Below, in pieces: positions 58,538 to 64,000 of a stretch of DNA of 64,000 nt. The notes beneath the pieces were generated by a model that was not told the origin of the DNA, searched no databases, and saw only the letters and a list, made by a program, of their open reading frames with translations. The DNA is from Phycisphaerales bacterium (GTDB lineage Bacteria; Planctomycetota; Phycisphaerae; SM23-33; FEN-1343): positions 6,952 to 70,951 of the forward strand of contig PMYD01000101.1 of the NCBI GenBank assembly GCA_003171335.1. The letters run 5' to 3'. Within the stretch, counting starts at the first letter, position 1. Every line of letters starts with the position of its first letter. The translations under genes and the position numbers were made by a program.

Positions 58538-59326
58538 ATGACCGGTCGAACCTCGACGCTGGCGGCGGAGGAAGTGGCTGAGCTGTGGAAGACTTACAAG
58601 TCCGGCCCAAGCCAAGCCCTTCGAAATGAGCTGATGGAGCACTACCTGCCCGTCGTGAAATACACGGCCGATCGCCTGTATGCCAAGCTGCCCGACGAGG
58701 TCGACAAGGATGATCTCATCTCGGCCGGCGTCTTCGGGCTGATTGACGCGATCAAGTCGTTCGACCTGGAGCGCGGGGTCAAATTCGAGACGTACTGCGT
58801 GCCGCGCATCCGCGGCGCCATTCTCGATGAGCTGCGCAGCATGGACTGGGTGCCGCGGCTGGTCCGCAGCCGCGCGCACAAGCTGGATGGCGCCATGCGC
58901 CATCTGGAGATGGAGCTGGGCCGCCGGCCGACGGAGGATGAACTCTCCAAGCGCCTGGCCATACCGCTGCCCGAAATGCGCAAGCTCCAGCGCGATGCCC
59001 ATGCGGTCGGGCTCATCAGCCTCAATCGCAAGTGGTTCGAGACGGACAGCCACAAGGATGTCCGCGAGATCGACATGCTGGAAGACAAGCGGGTGGAAAA
59101 CCCGCTGATCAAGGCCCAGGGCAAGGATGTGCGCGAACTCATCACCCGCGGGCTGAATCGCGCCGAGCGGCTCATCGTCATCCTGTACTACTACGAGCAG
59201 ATGACCATGAAGGAGATCGGCGAGACGCTGGATTTGTCGGAATCGCGCGTCAGCCAGATGCACTCGGCGATCCTGGAGCGCCTCAAGGTGCAGCTCACCG
59301 AACGGCAGAAGGAGCTGAATGCGTGA
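58538..59326 (+). CDS. fliA: Flagellar sigma factor FliA (sigma-28)
   Basis: It has sigma-70 region 2 and a region 4 HTH (LDLSESRVSQMHSAILERLK). Confidence 0.9.
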   Translation: MTGRTSTLAAEEVAELWKTYKSGPSQALRNELMEHYLPVVKYTADRLYAKLPDEVDKDDLISAGVFGLIDAIKSFDLERGVKFETYCVPRIRGAILDELRSMDWVPRLVRSRAHKLDGAMRHLEMELGRRPTEDELSKRLAIPLPEMRKLQRDAHAVGLISLNRKWFETDSHKDVREIDMLEDKRVENPLIKAQGKDVRELITRGLNRAERLIVILYYYEQMTMKEIGETLDLSESRVSQMHSAILERLKVQLTERQKELNA

Positions 59327-59327
59327 G

Positions 59328-59469
59328 GGGGCTATAGGCTTTAGGCTGTAGGCTATAGGCTGTAGTCTCGAAGTCGAAGGCTTGACTCGAAAACTCGGCG
59401 GCCTCGGTCGATATGAAATAGACTCACAAGCGGATCCCTACAGCCTAAAGCCTAGAGCCCACAGCCTAT
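59328..59469. repeat. Second TAGGCTGTAGGCTATAGG inverted-repeat element (GGGCTATAGGCTTTAGGCTGTAGGCTATAGGCTGTAG ... CTACAGCCTAAAGCCTAGAGCCCACAGCCTAT)
   Basis: It can be read directly and fills the fliA-downstream intergenic region exactly. Confidence 0.75.
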
Positions 59470-59857
59470 GAGCCAGATATCCGGCCCCGTTTCCAGCATC
59501 GCGCAGGCGCCGATCACGCAGAAGGATCAGGCCGCCCGCCAGGATGGCGCCCGCGAGACCTCCGAGCGCGCTGTCGCCCGCCAGCAGCGTCTCAAATCCG
59601 AGAATCGCGAATTCGTCGAAACCATGGCCGAAGCCGCCGGCCTGAAGGTTAATCCCGATTCCAGCCACGATGCCGACGCCCGCCGCCGCAAGCGCTTTTC
59701 GCTGATGAGCCAGAAGGACAAGCCGGCCGGCCAGGCGGAGTCGACGGGCGGCGAAGCGGACGAGAAATCGCGCGCACACGCCGCCGCACTCCTTTCTGAT
59801 CCGGATCATCGCGATGGCCCCACGCCGCCGCCGTGCATCATCGACGTTAAGGCGTGA
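59468..59857 (+). CDS. Hypothetical disordered protein downstream of fliA
   Basis: It has an ATG within the repeat arm and a low-complexity sequence. It is not clearly FlgM. Confidence 0.35.
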   Translation: MSQISGPVSSIAQAPITQKDQAARQDGARETSERAVARQQRLKSENREFVETMAEAAGLKVNPDSSHDADARRRKRFSLMSQKDKPAGQAESTGGEADEKSRAHAAALLSDPDHRDGPTPPPCIIDVKA

Positions 59858-59881
59858 ACGCAGGGGCCGGCGTTACAGCCT

Positions 59882-60022
59882 GAGGTGGCATGCCCTCACG
59901 GACGGGGCGAAGCCCCGGACGAGTGGGCATGGGCGCTGTGGGCGAGCCCCTTTTTCGGACGGCCCATGCCCACCCGGCTCGGCCGCCTTGGCGGCCTTCG
60001 TCGTGAGGGCATGCCACCTCGC
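59882..60022. promoter_or_regulatory. Nested long hairpin: outer GAGGTGGCATGCCCTCACG...CGTGAGGGCATGCCACCTC, inner TGGGCATGGGC...GCCCATGCCCA with a TTTTT run
   Basis: It can be read directly, and is a probable terminator or structured RNA upstream of argG. Confidence 0.5.
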
Positions 60023-60195
60023 GATTCTGCCCCCACGCCACCTGCCTCCGCCAATCTGGCGTGACTGCATTGCTTCCCGGCCCGCCTTTTTTGTTTTCCG
60101 CCGGCCGCCTGGGGATTAGAATTCCTCGTTTCACCCATTGCCTTGGCCGCCGGTTGGACTGTTGACCCGCGGCGATCTTGAGAGGAGATCGTTCG

Positions 60196-61434
<1,239 letters not shown>

Positions 61435-61456
61435 CGGGGCGCGCCGGCGACTAGAA

Positions 61457-61546
61457 AAACTGAAACGGGTGCCGTGGTTGCGTTCTTCTGCAACCACGCG
61501 TTTGGGAAGATTCCTCCCCCTACGCGTGGCTGCAAACGGATGTAGC
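61457..61546. repeat. Second GGGTGCCGTG double-hairpin element
   Basis: The sequence is GGGTGCCGTGGTTGCGttcttcTGCAACCACGCG ... CGCGTGGCTGCAaacggatgTAGCCACGGAACCC. It is ~80% identical to 21865-21954. Confidence 0.7.
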
Positions 61547-61809
61547 CACGGAACCCGGCCATCTTGGTTGGGTTCTCTGCGGCGCGTGCGCCAATGGGTC
61601 ACAGCGAAGCTGGCGATATTTCACGAGTGGCTCGCCCTGGGGGAGGCCCAAACATGACCTTCATGCAAGAACCTCCAAGGCACCCGGATCGTTTTTTTAT
61701 TGCGAGCGTCCTGTAATATTCAGCCGCGTTAAACGACTGACTGTGAGAACGCGAGTGCAGGGAACTAAGCAAGCGACCTTGGCCGATGGCTGAAATGGGA
61801 GGCAGAGCG

Positions 61810-62661
61810 ATGCGTACTGTCTGTTTGATCTTCGCGGTATGTTCATTGGCAGCAGGATGTGCTGCTCCCGCGCCGGCTCGAAGGCCGGCCGAGGTTATAA
61901 TCGTCGGAACCATCCACGCCGGACACTTGCATTCGTCCCTGTACACTCCCGAGGTGCTGCGGCAGATCGTCGTCGAGCTCAAGCCAGATGCCATCGTTCA
62001 CGAACTCCCACTGTCGCAGTGGGACGTCGCATCTGGGCGGCCTCTCCAAAGGGAGTATCCCGCAAGTGACACGGGTCCGGGCTGCCCTGAGAACTGGGCG
62101 GGCGATCAAGCCGCACAGTTGCTCCACATCCGACAAATCCCGTTCGACCGGCCTGATCGGCAGGAGCATTTTAAGGCAACTATGTATTTTGAGCGTGAGC
62201 GCACAGCTTTTGGCGCGCTGGATGCGCGGCGCGAGGAATTGCGAAGCGGCAAGATTGACAAGCCGGCGGCAGCCATTCTCTCAGAGTTCTTCTCTCAGAT
62301 TCTTGAGGCCGAGGTCAAGCTGGACAAGTGCAGCCCAAGGGAGATCAACTGCCAGGCCTATGACCAGGTGATTCGCACCAAAAGCGATATACGGCAAGCT
62401 CTCGTTGAGGAGGTCCTCGCCGACGCGGACAGCACTGCTCTACAGGATATGCGTTTCTTTGACAGGGATTGGCAAGAACGCAACGAGATCATGGCCTCAA
62501 ACATTCTGCGAGCAGCGAGCCAGCATCCTGGCGGACGCCTGGTTGTGCTTACCGGGGCCGCCCACAGATACATCCTTCGCGATCTCTTGATTTCGCATGC
62601 GGACGTGAGGCTTCGTGAGTATTGGGAAGTGGCTGATTTTGATTCGGCAAAAGCCAGGTAG
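61810..62661 (+). CDS. Lipoprotein, TraB/GumN-family-like (putative)
   Basis: It has a signal peptide with an AAGC lipobox and a GGGAGG RBS. The IIVGTIHAGH segment resembles TraB/GumN. Confidence 0.4.
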   Translation: MRTVCLIFAVCSLAAGCAAPAPARRPAEVIIVGTIHAGHLHSSLYTPEVLRQIVVELKPDAIVHELPLSQWDVASGRPLQREYPASDTGPGCPENWAGDQAAQLLHIRQIPFDRPDRQEHFKATMYFERERTAFGALDARREELRSGKIDKPAAAILSEFFSQILEAEVKLDKCSPREINCQAYDQVIRTKSDIRQALVEEVLADADSTALQDMRFFDRDWQERNEIMASNILRAASQHPGGRLVVLTGAAHRYILRDLLISHADVRLREYWEVADFDSAKAR

Positions 62662-62893
62662 TCGGTAATGCCATGAAGGGCTGCCTCCAGAGCCTATCTT
62701 CTGAGGTGGTTCCTTAACCCAAGCGAGAGGAAGGGGACAGCCATGAAGAAGGATCTGACTTTTACAGCGGCGGGTGTGGACCTCTGTTACCACTTCAGTC
62801 GAGTCGCGCTAGTGGAGGCTTGCGGCAATTTGGTGCGGCGCGAGCCGGTTGGAGCCGGGTGCCGGCACCCGAACGTTCCGGCCAGAACCCGCC

Positions 62894-63784
62894 CTAAAAC
62901 TCCACGCCGGCCTCGTGCCCCTCGACCTTGACGATGGCCTGTGTGCCTTTGCGGCCGTACCCGGCGGCAGCGACGGCGGCGTAGCGCTCGCGGGCCAGCG
63001 ACAGCGTGGGCAGCTCGAGATTCATGGCGGCCGCCTCGCGCAGGGCGATGGTCATGTCCTTGATGTAGTGCTCGATGATGAACCCAGGCTCCCAATCGCC
63101 GGCGATGATGCGCGGGCCCAGGCGGTTTAGCACGGGCGAGCCGGCGGCGCCATTGCCCACCAGTTCCAGCACCGTGGGCAGGTCCAGGCCGGCTTTCTTC
63201 GCGTAGGTGAACGCCTCGGCCATGGAGGTCATGATGCCGGCGACGAGGATCTGATTGACCATCTTGGTGTGCTGGCCCGCGCCGGCGGGGCCGACGTAGC
63301 GAACGGTCTTGCCCATCGCCTCCAGCAGCAGCCGGGCACGCTCGAAATCCTCGCGGTCGCCGCCGGCCATGATGGAAAGCGTGGCGTTGCGGGCGCCCTG
63401 GTCGCCGCCGGTGACGGGGGCATCGAGACTGCCGACGTTCTTGGCGCGTGCGGCCTGGTAAATCTTCCGCGCCAACGCCGGCTCGCTGGTGGTCAGGTCG
63501 ATGAGGATTGTTCCCGGCGCCGCGGCCGAGAGCACGCCATTTTCGCCCAGGATGACGGATTCGACATCCGAGGGAAAACCGACCATCGAGAACACCACCT
63601 CCGCGCCCCGGGCTGCCGCCGCCGGGCTGTCGCACCAGACGGCGCCGCCCTCGATCAGGTTCTGCGTTTTTTCCCGCGTGCGATTGAAAACCCGCAGGCT
63701 GTAGCCGGCCTTCTGGAGATGGCCGGCCATAGGCCCGCCCATGATGCCCGTGCCGATGAAGCCGATTTTCGCAGCCTTATTCAT
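62894..63784 (-). CDS. NAD(P)-dependent 3-hydroxyisobutyrate dehydrogenase family oxidoreductase (GarR/MmsB-like)
   Basis: It has an N-terminal Rossmann motif (IGFIGTGIMGGPMA) and the family-wide pattern. Confidence 0.85.
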   Translation of the reverse strand: MNKAAKIGFIGTGIMGGPMAGHLQKAGYSLRVFNRTREKTQNLIEGGAVWCDSPAAAARGAEVVFSMVGFPSDVESVILGENGVLSAAAPGTILIDLTTSEPALARKIYQAARAKNVGSLDAPVTGGDQGARNATLSIMAGGDREDFERARLLLEAMGKTVRYVGPAGAGQHTKMVNQILVAGIMTSMAEAFTYAKKAGLDLPTVLELVGNGAAGSPVLNRLGPRIIAGDWEPGFIIEHYIKDMTIALREAAAMNLELPTLSLARERYAAVAAAGYGRKGTQAIVKVEGHEAGVEF

Positions 63785-63934
63785 GCGGATAGTCTCCTTT
63801 GGACCCGTCGAAGCGACGTAGGAGAAGAATAAGCAGCGCCAAGTCAAACGGACACTGCATGCAAAACCCGATTAACGGATTAACCACTTCCAGAACAGAC
63901 TAGAAATCATCCAACCGCCGCCCACCGGCCACGG

Positions 63935-64000
63935 TCACCCTTTGCGGTGCGTGGGCAGCTTGCGTGATTTGAGCAGGCCCTTGGCCTCGCCCACCAGGTA
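63935..64000 (-). CDS. 3' end of an unidentified minus-strand gene (partial; the rest lies beyond the window edge)
   Basis: The open frame ends ...YLVGEAKGLLKSRKLPTHRKG* with its stop at 63935-63937. Confidence 0.3.
   Translation of the reverse strand, partial: YLVGEAKGLLKSRKLPTHRKG

Noticed and set aside
59468-59857. An anti-sigma-28 factor FlgM downstream of fliA
   Set aside because: The sequence is disordered, and it lacks the conserved C-terminal FlgM sigma-binding helices. I kept it as hypothetical.

Overview
This is a high-GC (~68%) bacterial chromosomal window, possibly Planctomycetota (low-confidence inference from PEP-CTERM and LAGC lipoproteins plus gene content). The first 21 kb is mostly housekeeping and accessory genes. 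They include a clpB 3' fragment, a PEP-CTERM protein, and a TPP riboswitch controlling a GNAT - DUF374 acyltransferase - thiC operon. After those come a PAP2 phosphatase, a GH27-like glycosidase, an Obg/DRG-like GTPase and holA. Coordinates 16.3-21.8 kb hold a tightly coupled six-gene operon that I consider the best candidate for an undescribed system. It has a divergent ThyA-family pyrimidine C5-(hydroxy)methylase, a SAM methyltransferase, two 2-hydroxyacyl-CoA-dehydratase/benzoyl-CoA-reductase-like Fe-S subunits, their ATP-dependent activase, and a HAD phosphatase. Coordinates 22-27.7 kb form an accessory-looking segment. It contains a secreted beta-helix protein and a ~1 kb AT-rich non-coding island with a MITE-like insertion and an orphan intrinsic terminator that may end an sRNA. 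It also contains a 976-aa adhesin (beta-helix + Ig-like repeats + ice-binding-like domain) and an IS3-family transposase remnant. Coordinates 27.9-59.3 kb hold a MerR regulator, a TPR protein and a Bacillus/Borrelia-order flagellar super-operon. That operon has FlgN-like/FlrB/FlrC sigma-54 regulators and runs flgBC-fliEFGHIJ-fliK-flgDE-flbD-motAB-fliL-fliN-fliOPQR-flhBAFG-fliA. A sigma-54 promoter candidate sits upstream of flgB, a sigma-28 -10 box sits upstream of motA, and fliM is conspicuously absent. argG, a TraB/GumN-like lipoprotein and a 3-hydroxyisobutyrate-dehydrogenase-family gene follow. Several dispersed structured repeat families sit in the intergenic DNA. They are heptad-repeat hairpin elements, TAGGCTGTAGGCTATAGG inverted-repeat elements, GGGTGCCGTG double-hairpin elements, CACTTC...GAAGTG palindromes and TGTAACA motifs. 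No rRNA, tRNA or CRISPR was found. Coordinates may be off by 1-2 nt in places because they were read by eye.
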